Below the pieces are notes generated by a model. The model did not search any database. It had not been told where the DNA came from and saw only the letters and a program-made list of their open reading frames with translations. This document shows positions 1 to 11,846 of a DNA stretch of 64,000 bases, one piece after another (within the stretch, counting starts at the first letter, position 1; each line of letters begins with the position of its first letter). Source of the stretch: Nematocida ausubeli (taxonomy: Eukaryota). The stretch lies in the NCBI RefSeq assembly GCF_000738915.1, contig NW_026515635.1:496001-560000 (forward strand), read 5' to 3'. A program made the translations under genes and the position numbers.

Positions 1-508
1 TCTTGAACAACTTGTCCTTTGACTTGACTTTCTCTGGGAGTGGTACTCTGCGCATAGTGTACTCAGTTGCCAGAAGAAGAGAATATCCTTCCTTCCGGCA
101 TATCAGGTATGCCATGCTTGCTTTGTTTTCCAGCGTAAGCCCCTCTAGCATCTTTATTGCAGCTGCTGACAGATAGTCTTTCTTCAAGGACATTCTCTGG
201 TTTACTGGTATTTCCAGTGTGTGAAATGTCCCGGTCTTTGTGTATTCCGTCTCATTCAAGATTTTTCCCTTTACGAACAATATTCCTACTGCCAGATCCA
301 CTGTGACCTTCTCAACCTCGACTTCCAAAAGAAGAGTAACCCGTATTTTCGCCTTTCCGCCTTCTCCTGGAATGCTCCTTTGTGTCATTGACTTTACAAT
401 ATCTTTCTCGTCAATAATTCTGTATAGTTCGTATATATCGTCAATATCCTCTGGAAGAATATCCAGAAACACATTGCACTTTGTCTGGCTCTTTTTAAAT
501 ATTTTCAT
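1..508 (-). CDS. DOM34: Pelota/Dom34 ribosome-rescue factor (5' part; runs off the window edge)
   Basis: Not in the ORF track. Manual translation from ATG 508 gives MKIFKKSQTKCNVFLDILPEDIDDIYELYRII...RVTLLLEVEVEKV...LFVKGKILNETEYTKTGTFHTLEI, matching the Pelota N-terminal domain pattern (PED.DD..LY..I; RV...L.I.VE; G.....EY.K.G.FHTL). Frame is open to position 1. Confidence 0.85.
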   Translation of the reverse strand, partial: MKIFKKSQTKCNVFLDILPEDIDDIYELYRIIDEKDIVKSMTQRSIPGEGGKAKIRVTLLLEVEVEKVTVDLAVGILFVKGKILNETEYTKTGTFHTLEIPVNQRMSLKKDYLSAAAIKMLEGLTLENKASMAYLICRKEGYSLLLATEYTMRRVPLPEKVKSKDKLFK

Positions 509-533
509 TCTGTGTTATTGTGTATAACTATTT

Positions 534-1550
534 ATGTGGATTTGGTTTCTTCTTTGCACACTATTCCTGGCGACAAAAGAGTCTGCACAGAAGGAGGACG
601 CGTGCATCTTCATTCTTTGCAGGAACACGGACATCCATGGCCTCAAAGACACAATTACTAAATTCGAAAAATACTTCAACAAAAAATACCAATACCCATA
701 TGTTGTAGTGAATGACGTAGAATTCACACCCGAATTTAAAAAAGATTTCAATGCCCTTACAACAAATCCCGTTGAATACGGAACAATTCCAAAGGAGCAC
801 TGGGGATATCCCACGTGGATTGATAAGGAAAGGGCCTCCCGGGAGAGAACAAGAATGGAAAGAGACAATATAATATATGGAGGCAGTGAGTCATACAGGC
901 ACATGTGCAGATATTTCTCTGGATTCTTCTTTGAGCACCCACTCACAAAGAAGTACAGATATTATTGGAGGGTAGAGCCAGACACGCAGTTGCACTGCCC
1001 CATTGACTATGATGTCTTTGAGTACATGCGCATACACAACAAGAAGTATGGGTTTACGATTACACTCCATGAATATCCTCAGACAGTCCAGTCTCTTTGG
1101 CGAACTATTCAGCAATTTGTTTCCTCTTACAACACATTCTATAAAGAAGGAGACTTCTGGACCTTAGTGGAGCCCCTTAATCTGCACAGATTTATAACAG
1201 ATGACATGTACACCCGGTATAATATGTGCCACTTCTGGTCTAACTTTGAAATTGCAGACTTCTCTTTTTTCCGAAGCAAAAAGTACAAGGCATTCTTTGA
1301 GTTTCTAGATCGGTCAGGTGGATTTTTTTATGAAAGATGGGGAGATGCGCCTGTGCACTCAATTGCAGCCTCGTTATTCCTGAATAAGGATGAGATCCAT
1401 TATTTTGAAGATATAGGGTATACGCATCCCCCGTTCACGCACTGCCCTAGGATGTCTCTACAAAAGTCTCCTTGCAGCTGCAATGTCTCTACCTCTGTGG
1501 ATATTACTATGCCTATGTGTATAAATTTGTATAAAAAGATACCCAGGTAG
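534..1550 (+). CDS. Alpha-1,2-mannosyltransferase, glycosyltransferase family 15 (KRE2/KTR type)
   Basis: N-terminal hydrophobic anchor; GT15 motifs YGGSESYRHMCR, YYWRVEP, YNMCHFWSNFEI, GGFFYERWGDAPVHS. Confidence 0.95.
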   Translation: MWIWFLLCTLFLATKESAQKEDACIFILCRNTDIHGLKDTITKFEKYFNKKYQYPYVVVNDVEFTPEFKKDFNALTTNPVEYGTIPKEHWGYPTWIDKERASRERTRMERDNIIYGGSESYRHMCRYFSGFFFEHPLTKKYRYYWRVEPDTQLHCPIDYDVFEYMRIHNKKYGFTITLHEYPQTVQSLWRTIQQFVSSYNTFYKEGDFWTLVEPLNLHRFITDDMYTRYNMCHFWSNFEIADFSFFRSKKYKAFFEFLDRSGGFFYERWGDAPVHSIAASLFLNKDEIHYFEDIGYTHPPFTHCPRMSLQKSPCSCNVSTSVDITMPMCINLYKKIPR

Positions 1551-1958
1551 AGAAAGGTAGAAAGGTAAATATTCTGTAAAATATCCTTCTACTAGAGATA
1601 GTACATCTTTATGATTTACATGGCCTGATTTACATTGTACAATGGAGTACGTCCTGGAATACTAAAGATATTCATTTTAGTACACTCTCTAGAATAACGT
1701 ATATTATGGAAGTCTCAGAAAGTCACTGCACACCATGAAGCCATGCCTGCTGGCATAAGAATAATGAAGACTTATATATTTCGGGTTATATCTGTATATT
1801 ACGTTTCTTTATTACTTTCCAGTGCTAGATGCCAGCAACCAATCTATGTATAGGCATAGTATACACAGAGAATTCTCTTTTGAATTTTGAAGAGCAGTCA
1901 CAGTGTACTGTGTGTCTATGTGCAGGCACGTGATAACGCATAGTGTGACTTAGTCTTG

Positions 1959-2615
1959 CTAATACTTTTTATCCTCGCCTGAGTACTTTTTAACTATCAT
2001 ATCAATGCTGTCCCTGCGCTCCGTGCGCTCTGCCTTTTCAAGCTTTCTAAAGCATTCCACCAGAGATGTGTATGGCATGCTATTGCTTCTGACTTCCATG
2101 GAATTATTAAATACTTTTATATTTCCAGTTTTCAATCCATTTATAACAGAGCGGCGTGTTCTCTTCACAGGAGTCAGAAACACTGTGCTTTTCTCTTTTT
2201 TTGGTGTCAGTATATTAATGAACCTCTCTGATCGAGTGTACTTTCTTTTAATCTTTTTCTTTGCAGGCCCAACTCCTGATGCATCCTCAAGAATTGAGTC
2301 TGAGCCACTGCTGTCTAAATCTACCACGTCATCTACCACAGAGGCTGCAAATGTCTGTGCTTCAGCTGGCTTTCCTGTCTTCTCCTGTGCTGTGTGCGCA
2401 GTATTTGCAGTCTGCTCGGATATATTCTCGCATGGAGCAGCGGGTGCACTCTGCATGCCGTCATTTCTGCTTGAGACACTCTCTGGGCAAGAAGGCATGG
2501 TGGCATCCAGTGCGCCTGCATTCTTTGGTGTCTGTGTGCTTTCTGGTGTGCATCCACTATACTCCCGCTCCCTACTCTCAAGAAGTATGTATGAGCTGTC
2601 CAACTCTGAATCCAT
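1959..2615 (-). CDS. Hypothetical protein (low-complexity, acidic N-terminus, basic C-terminus)
   Basis: 218-aa ATG ORF preceded by AAATTTTT; KKKIKRK NLS-like stretch; no family recognised. Confidence 0.7.
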   Translation of the reverse strand: MDSELDSSYILLESREREYSGCTPESTQTPKNAGALDATMPSCPESVSSRNDGMQSAPAAPCENISEQTANTAHTAQEKTGKPAEAQTFAASVVDDVVDLDSSGSDSILEDASGVGPAKKKIKRKYTRSERFINILTPKKEKSTVFLTPVKRTRRSVINGLKTGNIKVFNNSMEVRSNSMPYTSLVECFRKLEKAERTERRDSIDMIVKKYSGEDKKY

Positions 2616-2648
2616 AAAAAATTTAGAAGAAAATGAAACTAAGTTGCT

Positions 2649-4055
2649 TTATTTCTTAGCAGACTTCTTGCCAGTTGCGAAGAACTCTGGCACTCTTGCC
2701 TCAGTGGCAGCCTTGTCCAAGACCTCGTGGATAATACCTACTCCAATGGTCTTACCCATATCTCTAAGGGCAAATCTTCCAAGGAATGGGAACTCTGAGA
2801 ACTTCTCCATAACAGTTGGCTTGGATGGGACAATAATGACTCTGGCGCATGGTCTAGTTCCTGCAATTTCAGTTGGCTTGTCGTTGGTTACAACGAACTC
2901 CTTTCCTTTCTTGCTTCCAATGTCGCAAAGCTTTGCGAAGACGGTGCTGACGTGAGTGGCTGCAATGTCCATAGTAGGAGCATATCCGGCCTTGATGCAC
3001 TTCACCTTTCCAATGAAAATGACTGTGGCGTATGCGGCGAATGCCTTGATGCATGGGTTTGCTGCGTCTGCAATGACGGATCCCTGCTTGACCTTGTCGG
3101 TTTCAGCGTTGTTCTTCAGTGTGATACCGCAGTTTTCTCCTGCCTCGACCTTCTTTCTGGCGGTCTTGTGGATTTCCATGGTCTTGACTTCAGTGGCTAC
3201 TCCTGCTGGGGCAATGTTTACCTTCATACCGGCTAAGCATGTACCAGACTCAACTCTTCCAGTGAACACCTTACCAATACCCTTGATTTCAAGGATGTTT
3301 GTAAGAGGAATTCTAAGAGGAGCGGTGGTCATTCTCTTTGGAATTGGGTAGTAGTCAATGGCCTCCTCAAGAGATCTGATGGGGGTTGCGTCTGGGGTCT
3401 CTTCTGGAGTCCATCCCTTGAACCAGTTGAACTTCTCACCTTCTGCGGTTAAACCGTATCCCTTGAATCCGGAGATGGCAATAATTGGAGTAGTCTTCAT
3501 GTTGTACATCTTCTTCATCTTTCCAGTGATGTTCTCGCTGATTTCCTTGAATCTTGCTGCTGCTGCCTCGTCAGATCCAAGAGTATCTAACTTGTTGATG
3601 GCAACAATGGCCTTGGAGACACCAAGAGTGTGTGCAAGGACAATGTGCTCGTATAAAGTACTTGTCTCTGCAATGGCTCTCTCGAACTCACCCTGGGCTG
3701 CTGGCACAATGATGACAGCGACGTCGGCCTGGGCGGTTCCGGTGATCATGTTCTTAAGGAAACCTCTGTGTCCTGGGCAGTCAAGGATGTTGACTGTGTG
3801 CTTGGCGGTCTTCACCACCTTCATTGCTACCTGGATAGTAATACCAGACTCTCTCTCTGCCTTGTTGTTATCACAGAAGAAAGCGTAACTGAAGGATCCC
3901 TTTCCGTGCTCCTTTGCTACTTCTTCCAACTTCTCAAGTGTTCTCTTGTCAATTGCTCCTAGCTTGTAGCACAGGTGCCCAATGGTAGTACTCTTACCAC
4001 TGTCCACGTGCCCAAGGAAGCATACGTTTATGTATTGTTCTTTCTGCTCTGTCAT
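2649..4055 (-). CDS. TEF1: Translation elongation factor 1-alpha
   Basis: GHVDSGKSTT, ERESGITI, DCPGH, NKLD, GRVESG, LGRFALRDM; WFKGW segment in the opisthokont-insertion region; strong codon bias. Confidence 0.95.
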   Translation of the reverse strand: MTEQKEQYINVCFLGHVDSGKSTTIGHLCYKLGAIDKRTLEKLEEVAKEHGKGSFSYAFFCDNNKAERESGITIQVAMKVVKTAKHTVNILDCPGHRGFLKNMITGTAQADVAVIIVPAAQGEFERAIAETSTLYEHIVLAHTLGVSKAIVAINKLDTLGSDEAAAARFKEISENITGKMKKMYNMKTTPIIAISGFKGYGLTAEGEKFNWFKGWTPEETPDATPIRSLEEAIDYYPIPKRMTTAPLRIPLTNILEIKGIGKVFTGRVESGTCLAGMKVNIAPAGVATEVKTMEIHKTARKKVEAGENCGITLKNNAETDKVKQGSVIADAANPCIKAFAAYATVIFIGKVKCIKAGYAPTMDIAATHVSTVFAKLCDIGSKKGKEFVVTNDKPTEIAGTRPCARVIIVPSKPTVMEKFSEFPFLGRFALRDMGKTIGVGIIHEVLDKAATEARVPEFFATGKKSAKK

Positions 4056-5845
4056 TACATGGTATAAAATTTTTCACATTTTATTCTTTAATTTTTTCTA
4101 GAATTAAAGTAACTGTTTTCGTCTTCCTGTTATAAAAGCCAGTTTTCTTCAAATATTCAGCACCTTTCATATTAAATATTCTTTTCAAAGTACTTTAATT
4201 TCTCCTCCAATAATTCATATACTGCTTAGTTACATGCTATACCCCGAATTCAGTAAATAATTGGCAGTTCTGCTCTAATTACTCTTATACCCAGCCAAAA
4301 ATACAGCACAAAACCAAATATTCTTGTAAATGGTCTATGTACCATGCAAAATGCACTCTATTAATTCATTCTATCATGCAGTCACAAAAAAAGTTACCCC
4401 TAATTATATCCAGACGTACACCCGGATATTCATCTACTTCAATGCAAGCATAAACTACTAATGAAATTTATTCTCTAGTGGATTTCCCTATAAGAAGGCA
4501 TAAATATATCTTGGCGCATGAAGAAGTAGAAAGCTCTTCCTAATGGAATACGCAGAGTTTCATAGAAAAGGGATACTCCTTCTGTCTATTTTGCTGTAGA
4601 GGATAAACTGTATATGAGTTGGCATGTACTATTTTCTATTTTGCAGCAGTAATTAAAAGAACTAGAATGGCTAGAATACAATGAAGTACTGCGTAAATAT
4701 GTATCTTCCTTGAGAAATGTCTCTTTTTGAAGATGGCTGTTTCGGTTTATAATGCTTTTTAGCCTTCTATTATATGGATGTCTTTTAGATTAGTCTATCA
4801 CTCTGGTATTTGCTAAAAAGAATGTCTTCTGAGTACTTTTGCTGCTTTCTCTTTCTATGCGATGATTTTTTATAACTCAGACTTTCTTGGCAGTACTTCT
4901 GCTACGTGCACATGAGATGCATATTTATTCTACTTCTACAATTATGGAATTATTCTGTGTTAATGCGTATGCATGAACTGTCTTCTATCTCAAGATCTTT
5001 TAAGATAATTATTCTACTTCTCTCTTTGAATCTACCAAGAATACTAAATATTCTACTATGCATCTTCAAATTATTTATTTTTAAATCCAGGATATCCTTG
5101 CGCACGAACTTCCTTTAGTTTTATTGAATAAATGCACTTTCTTCTAAACAATTTCTGACAGCAGCTTCTATCCATACAGACGGTGCATTTCCAAAGAACA
5201 AACAATTTCACTGAATCTGGAAATTATCCATGAATAGACTCTTATTTATCTATTTAGTCATATACTTCTGAATGCGTAGATGATCTATCATTTTCTTTCT
5301 ATTTTTGCAGTTTATAAATCCCTTCAGCATTTTTCAATTTGTACCATAGTATACATGTTTTCCCAAAATAATTTACAAATTTAATTACAAAAGAAGTAGA
5401 AATATATTACAGTAGTACCCAGGTATACCAGCAGAAATACTTAGAATAGAATAAATTCAATAAAATACATTAGAAATTAAATAGAACAATTAGTATATAA
5501 TAAGGCTGTATTTTACTGCACTAGTGAATTCCTGCCTGGCTTAAATAAGTACAAAAATAAATTCAGTTGTAACGGGATAAGAGTGCATAAAACTACTAGT
5601 ACTCATTACAATATTGAATTTACAATTTAGTGCTTCAGACCAGATATTTGCTTCTGTGGCCTGGAAAGATAGAATGTTTTATGGTGCTTGCGCAATGCAG
5701 AGTAGCAAGAATGCCTCTACTGTGCATTCTGGTGCTAGAAAATAACTGGAGTGCACCCAGGCTGTCTCTGATAAAAATGCCAGCAGATGGCTAATTATTG
5801 CAGAGTGCTTTTATTTTTTATTTTTGTTTGAGTGCAAAGTTAATA

Positions 5846-7813
5846 ATGACTCTGCAGGTAGGCTATGCCATATCAAGAGCATCTTATACACAATGCAAGA
5901 TAGACAGTTCAGCAGAGATCAAAAATGAGATAATTCTTAAGAATGGATTATTAGACACAGCCTCGGATTATTTGGTAATTTCCTGTGAGGAATGGGACAG
6001 TATAACAAGCGTACACTCCTATGATAAGGAAATACCAGTTGGAAAGATAAATATAAAAATAACCATAAATATAAATGAAATTACGAAGGAGTTTAGTGTC
6101 TCAGCTGGAGACATTCTATTTGATATAATTAAAATAGTCATGTACACAGAGAAGATGACAGAGGATGAGTTCAGGGATGAGTTTAGGTACGAAATAACAC
6201 CAGATATCCAGCTGAATGAAAAGCTAGTTCGGGCAGGCACTGAGAGCGTAAGCATAAATATATTTGAAAAGAATAAAAAGAACAGAAAAAGCAAAGAAGA
6301 CTGCATGCCTGTTGAGTTCAGGAATGTGGGCCTGACGTGCTACATGAACACGGCCCTGCAGGTGCTGCTGGGAGTCGGTGAACTGTCAAATGCAATTGAA
6401 GAAATGACCCGGGATGAGATCAATGAATATGCACAGAGAGAAGATACAAAGAAAGGATACACAAGAGAAAAGTGCGGTAATCTGCTCAATGCGTATAGAG
6501 AGCTTATTAAAACTGTAAGGAAAAAAAAAGACTGCCACAGTAAGCTAAGCGAAATGAAAAGGGCAATTGGAAGTATTGACACAAGATACAGAGGATGCAT
6601 AGAGGAGGATGCAGGAGAAGTTTTCTCGCTTATTTTGACGAACTTCAACTATCTCTTCCAAAAGACAAGACACGAAAACCTGATACCAGATCTTTTTATG
6701 TACTCAGCAGAGTCTGTGCGCGTCTTTAAGGAAGGAACAGAGGTAGTAAACAAGTGCGTAAAGCCGTTGTATAAGTCTTTTGTTCTGAATGGATCATTTG
6801 GGTCAGAAGGTGGGCCGCACTCGCATATTCTGGTAATGCACAAAAACCAGCTGGTTGTGACAGGGCTGTGCATACCTGCAGCGCAGACTACAATCCAAAA
6901 TATTAAGGAAAGAATTTCTAATAGCTTCCATGTAGAAACAGAGAGAATAGCTTGCATATTCGTGTCGGATGGAAGAGTTGAAAGAGTTTCTGATGATCAA
7001 ATTCTAGTTTCTAAGCGCAGTTTGCTTGACCAGCCTATTTTCTACATTACAGACGAAGAGATTGAGAACATTGAGTTTCTCTTTATAAGCTATACAGCCA
7101 CAGTGGAGGGACTGGCCTTTTTCACATCCTTGCTGAGTGGAGTCAAAAATGTATTCCAAATTCCCTTCCTAGTGAAAAAGAAGTGCAATATTGCGCAGTT
7201 CTTGGAGAGAGAGCTAAAAATAAAAAGGCGCGACATACCAAACACAATATTGGACATACAGCAGAACAGAGAAAGCACAGAAAGACACTTTGGGTCAATG
7301 GTCATTGCACTCTCTAATAAGTACTGGGATGCAGCAGAGCACATTGACATCATAAAGAACAGAAAGTATGACATGAAGGACTGTGTGCATGTGCAGTGCG
7401 TGGTCAGCAACTGGGAGACCACAGCAGTCCGGGAAAGGACTTCAGAAGACAAAGAGGACTTTCTCTTTGATAGGGTGGAGGAGTCAACAAAGTTCAGAAA
7501 ATTCTCAAAGTACTTTTGCGTGCAACTGCCAATTGGCTTAGGAAAGCCATTTAAAGGAGATAAGTCAGAGAGACAAAAACTGCATGTAGAAAAAGATGGC
7601 CTAGTTCTGGATGGTGTAGTGTACTCCCTAGTGGGAATCCTGGTGCACCATAGTTTTGGAATTGGTGGGCATTATGTGGCATTCACAAAAAGAAATAACA
7701 CGTGGTACCACTGTAATGACAGTACAATCACGAAGTCCTCTGTTAATGAAGCAATCTCAACAGGATATCCATATGGAATATTATACAGAAGGTCTGACTC
7801 GTATGCTTGCTAG
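5846..7813 (+). CDS. Ubiquitin carboxyl-terminal hydrolase (USP/peptidase C19)
   Basis: Cys box NVGLTCYMNTALQ; His box GGHYVAF...WYHCND. First in-frame ATG is 5846 (the track start at 5798 is TTG). Confidence 0.92.
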   Translation: MTLQVGYAISRASYTQCKIDSSAEIKNEIILKNGLLDTASDYLVISCEEWDSITSVHSYDKEIPVGKINIKITININEITKEFSVSAGDILFDIIKIVMYTEKMTEDEFRDEFRYEITPDIQLNEKLVRAGTESVSINIFEKNKKNRKSKEDCMPVEFRNVGLTCYMNTALQVLLGVGELSNAIEEMTRDEINEYAQREDTKKGYTREKCGNLLNAYRELIKTVRKKKDCHSKLSEMKRAIGSIDTRYRGCIEEDAGEVFSLILTNFNYLFQKTRHENLIPDLFMYSAESVRVFKEGTEVVNKCVKPLYKSFVLNGSFGSEGGPHSHILVMHKNQLVVTGLCIPAAQTTIQNIKERISNSFHVETERIACIFVSDGRVERVSDDQILVSKRSLLDQPIFYITDEEIENIEFLFISYTATVEGLAFFTSLLSGVKNVFQIPFLVKKKCNIAQFLERELKIKRRDIPNTILDIQQNRESTERHFGSMVIALSNKYWDAAEHIDIIKNRKYDMKDCVHVQCVVSNWETTAVRERTSEDKEDFLFDRVEESTKFRKFSKYFCVQLPIGLGKPFKGDKSERQKLHVEKDGLVLDGVVYSLVGILVHHSFGIGGHYVAFTKRNNTWYHCNDSTITKSSVNEAISTGYPYGILYRRSDSYAC

Positions 7814-8585
7814 CTGGTGCCGTTGCATCAAAAAAGAGCATTTACGTCTTTAGAGAGAAGATGCCTGCCATAGACCAATGGAAGAGATTTAAGCTATGAA
7901 GCAGCAGAAATATTCTATCTATCAGTATGCAAGAGACATCATAACCCTCTAGCACCACAGTAATACTCTCTTTAGGCAATTAGTTACTGCACTGTGTATT
8001 TATGCATTTTAAGCTCTGTGTTCTTAATAGACTTAGTGGTTTATGAAGCATCCTGCGTTTATGGAATAGTTCAAATAGGAATCTGAAATAAAGTTGTTCG
8101 ATAATGGGCGCATAGATGCTGACTAGTATTAGTGCATGGCTATGTTGTCGTACAGTTAAGGATTAAATCTATACTAGGGCTGCATAGGATTTGAACCCTA
8201 GAATATACTACCTGAATTAATAGAATAAATGACTATTCAATAGCTCTAGATAGGGATATCTCCATCTTATAGTATGAATTCTTATAGAAGCACGTGCACC
8301 TCTGCAATAAACATTGAATATTCTGGATAGTAAATGCATGTGCTATTTCCAGGATAGAGTGTATTTGCAAGAACATCCTGGGTATTGTTAAGAAAGTCTC
8401 TTTATTATCTCATATTTGTATGCTAAATATTTGCACTAAAGATTGCACAAATCTCTTTTTCTTCAAATTTCATTATGGTTCTAAGTTATTCAGTACTGCA
8501 ATCGTCTTATCTCATATCTAGCTTATTTTATGTATTCATTTATGGATGTCTTACTATTCATGCAGGTATAAGAATTTTCATTGGA

Positions 8586-11500
8586 TTATATCTCTGCATA
8601 GGCAGTTGACTTCTGGTTACCCTGCAGCAAAAATAGTTCGTATGGAATATCTCTAAACATATTCAGTCTTTCTGATGGAAACTGCTCAGTTCCTGCAATG
8701 CACTCTGTGGAGTTATTTGTGTATGATATTCTTTTATGCAGGCATGCTTTGCACTTTGCTGTGCGAATTAATTTATGGAGAGCATATTCATATGAATGGT
8801 CTGGAGTGTATTGGCTTACTGCCCACTCTCTGACATTATCATCTTCGCTTCCAATTACCTCAAGCAGTTCACTCTCTAGAGACATGCACTCATTGCTGAT
8901 TCCTGCGCACTTCTGGAGTGCATTGAATTCCTTTCTATTTTCGCTGTTATTTAAGGAGACTCTAGCCATAGTGTCTTTCACATGGGCAGGTACTAATTTG
9001 TGCGAGCTAAGTATAAGGTTGTCCTCTTGGTCTGGGGTTTTATATAAGATCTGATCTATCTTTTTTCTGGTTCTCTTGCAGAGGGATGTGCATCTGATGC
9101 TCTTTAGCAATTCTCTTTCTCTTTCACTAATTTCATTTATACGGGAGAAAAAGACCAAACAAGAGAATATTCCATTCTGGTCATTAGACATGTTAAAGTA
9201 TTCGAGGCAGTCGCATAGCACCTTCTTTGAAGTCTGATTGACAGAGATCTTCGAGTACCTTGCATCTTCTTGTGTGTTAAGGGCCTCTTTGCACATTTTC
9301 TTAATAAGCGTAGTGTACAGCATCAGAGAAGTATTTCTTACCTTCCAGGCTCTGTGTGACATAAGCAAGGCAGACAGCAGAAACAAAGAAGGCTCGTATA
9401 CTCGCATGTCATACTTAAATATGCCATCACTTGATATGCTTTTCAGGATATTAAGGTAGTGAATTAGATACTTTTCATTAGACACTTCTGGTGTTGCATC
9501 TAAGGAGGCCTTAGATACCTGTAGACCAGATATTCCTAGATCTTCTGTGAATGTTAGCTCAGAGTTCTCACGCACTGGCTTGAACATCCATCTGTTCTCA
9601 ATAAGAGAAAAAGACCGTTGAATTGCCTCTTTCATAATATAATGTGTTGCCAGCTTACTTTTTGAATTGCACTCTGATGCGCTCAAGGCCTTAAATACAT
9701 ACGGTATACCACCATCTCGCCGAATATTCTTCAGGTCCTTGGTGATGACCAGATTTAGCACGTTTTTTGCATATGCTAAGGTTTCTTCCGGTGAGTCATA
9801 ATATAGCAGGATAGACTTAATTGCATCAGACGCAGTCATAATGACTCCCAAATGACCGCCAACTGTCAGCAGGGCATTAGTCAAAAGATCAAGGCATCCT
9901 TTGTCTCTGCTTGTTATTGCGTATACTGTGATGAACATAATGCACTCTCGGACTGTATACCAGTTTTGCAAGTAGTCTGCTGAGTGTGAGATTTCTGTAC
10001 TCTCTGGCTTCTCTCCATGCGGCTCTTCTGTGTTTTCGGAAAGGTATATCTCACGGGTCTGCAAGACTTTCAATGATTTCCTGAATATTGGAAGAATCAG
10101 CTCAGCATATATCTCTCTTATCTTGTAAGGAATGTCTATTTTGTATGTCTGAGCAATATCTATCTCTGAAACACCAAATGCTTTTCTCTTTTTTGTTTCT
10201 ACCACATGGACTGGATTTAGTCTGTTTCCCTCCAGGAAAAGCCTATCTTCTGGTAGGGAGTTGAATATGCTCCACAGCACATGGATCTCCTTATATATTG
10301 TAGGTGATCCCTTGTTAGATCGCATCCGTTCCAATGCGCTCTTGAAAATGGCTGTGACCTTTTCTTTATTCAGCTCAGTTATGTTGGCAGCCAGCAGAAG
10401 AGCCATTCCATGCAGCTCATTGTTATTCGAGCACTCTAATATTCGTTCAACCTGCTCAACACATATATCCATTTTGAAGAGTACTGCTATTTCTCGGATT
10501 TCTTTGTGTGTCTCTGCAAGTGCTTTGAAAAGAATTTCTCTAAGCTTAGACTCAGGTATATATTCCTGTACATCTTTTGTTTCTGTTAGGATCTTTAAAT
10601 AGTTGAGACCCTGCAGCAGTCTACAGTAATTTGTGCCATGCGCCATTGCCAAAACAATCTGAATAATCTGTCTGAAATATCCCATGCTTCTTTCATTTTT
10701 TGCATCGACCAATTTGTTCTCTACTACGTATTTATGCTTAGTTACAACCTTATGGCGAATAACTCGGACTAGAGTCTGGAATAGCTGCCGGAGTCTTTTC
10801 TGGTTTTCCTTTGAGGTGAGAATCTGGTTGTGCATCAGATACTGCACGATCAAATCCAACCTATCTTCCACTGCACTCTGGTCCTTCATTAGGCTTTCAA
10901 AGTACTCCACTCGCACGTTTTCATTTTTCACAGAAAAGCATTTGCAGTGCATTTCCTCTGAATGAACAGTCTGTGCATCAGAAAAAAAGACACAGTTCAC
11001 AGAATTAAGACGGCACAGAATATCATAGACTCCTTTACGTTCTACATCTGGCAGTCTGCTTGCAAGCATCCGAATATTTCTGCTCCCTACACATGTAAGG
11101 TCTACTCCACTAAGGAGGGGTGCATACTGCGCATGGTCTGATAGAAGCAGCAACTTTGCTATCTTATCTCCTGATTTCTTATTATTTAACTGCTCAATAT
11201 CACTCACACTTGCAGTTAGTGTGATTGTCTTCATGGCAAGTGCAATCTCTGTTCTAGTATGGGATGACCAGTTCTCATTACTGAGGATGCACGGTTCTTT
11301 GCTAAATGACACTAACTCCTTCATTATATTCTTAATAATATTCCGGATAACAAAGTGAGAATTTCCCATTGTACTATTTAGCAAGACAACCAGATTATTT
11401 TCATTTTCTTTAAGAAAGCATGCAGGCGTATTTTCTGTCTGGCCTGCTTCATTCTCAGCCACACCTAGTGAAGATACTTTTTTCATCTGCTTGGCAATAA

Positions 11501-11846
11501 GTAAGAGAGTTTCGTATCCTACTCTTAGCTCATGTGTTGTTTTTAAAGAGTGCACCTCTTTTATAATCCTAGGCAGCTGATGCCATTCTTCATTTTCATT
11601 TGTTATTGATCCTTTCAGAAGTGCCAGATAGTTTATTCCTGCTGTTCCCATTTCATTCACATCTTCAACTTCTGAGGAGCATGAAGTGTCTGCATTCTTG
11701 CACTCTGCAGAGCATGCAGTATAGTATACGTGACCACCATACAGCTTTTCATCCAATGAGGCTGTCTCTAAAATTCTTGTCTTTAAATGTCCTTTGCAGA
11801 GCTCTTTTAATGAAGAGATGTCCCTCCGTGCAACTGCTTCTGTCAT
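8586..11846 (-). CDS. THADA/Trm732-like HEAT-repeat protein (DUF2428; Trm7 partner)
   Basis: RRDGGIPY (family RRSAGLP), HYLNILKSI and WKVRNTSLMLY motifs. ATG 11846 directly follows AAAATTTTT; the track start at 11876 is GTG. Confidence 0.75.
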   Translation of the reverse strand: MTEAVARRDISSLKELCKGHLKTRILETASLDEKLYGGHVYYTACSAECKNADTSCSSEVEDVNEMGTAGINYLALLKGSITNENEEWHQLPRIIKEVHSLKTTHELRVGYETLLLIAKQMKKVSSLGVAENEAGQTENTPACFLKENENNLVVLLNSTMGNSHFVIRNIIKNIMKELVSFSKEPCILSNENWSSHTRTEIALAMKTITLTASVSDIEQLNNKKSGDKIAKLLLLSDHAQYAPLLSGVDLTCVGSRNIRMLASRLPDVERKGVYDILCRLNSVNCVFFSDAQTVHSEEMHCKCFSVKNENVRVEYFESLMKDQSAVEDRLDLIVQYLMHNQILTSKENQKRLRQLFQTLVRVIRHKVVTKHKYVVENKLVDAKNERSMGYFRQIIQIVLAMAHGTNYCRLLQGLNYLKILTETKDVQEYIPESKLREILFKALAETHKEIREIAVLFKMDICVEQVERILECSNNNELHGMALLLAANITELNKEKVTAIFKSALERMRSNKGSPTIYKEIHVLWSIFNSLPEDRLFLEGNRLNPVHVVETKKRKAFGVSEIDIAQTYKIDIPYKIREIYAELILPIFRKSLKVLQTREIYLSENTEEPHGEKPESTEISHSADYLQNWYTVRECIMFITVYAITSRDKGCLDLLTNALLTVGGHLGVIMTASDAIKSILLYYDSPEETLAYAKNVLNLVITKDLKNIRRDGGIPYVFKALSASECNSKSKLATHYIMKEAIQRSFSLIENRWMFKPVRENSELTFTEDLGISGLQVSKASLDATPEVSNEKYLIHYLNILKSISSDGIFKYDMRVYEPSLFLLSALLMSHRAWKVRNTSLMLYTTLIKKMCKEALNTQEDARYSKISVNQTSKKVLCDCLEYFNMSNDQNGIFSCLVFFSRINEISERERELLKSIRCTSLCKRTRKKIDQILYKTPDQEDNLILSSHKLVPAHVKDTMARVSLNNSENRKEFNALQKCAGISNECMSLESELLEVIGSEDDNVREWAVSQYTPDHSYEYALHKLIRTAKCKACLHKRISYTNNSTECIAGTEQFPSERLNMFRDIPYELFLLQGNQKSTAYAEI

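Noticed and set aside
2005..3888. Long + strand ORFs (316, 131 and 176 aa) antisense to EF-1alpha and its neighbour
   Set aside because: Shadow ORFs produced by codon bias on the coding strand; Ser/Phe/Leu-rich with no motifs.
4055..4060. ATG-TAA start-stop element overlapping the EF-1alpha start (ATGTAATG)
   Set aside because: Looks like a variant of the start-proximal TATACC(A)TGTA context also seen before ATG 53654, and may lie outside the very short 5' UTR.
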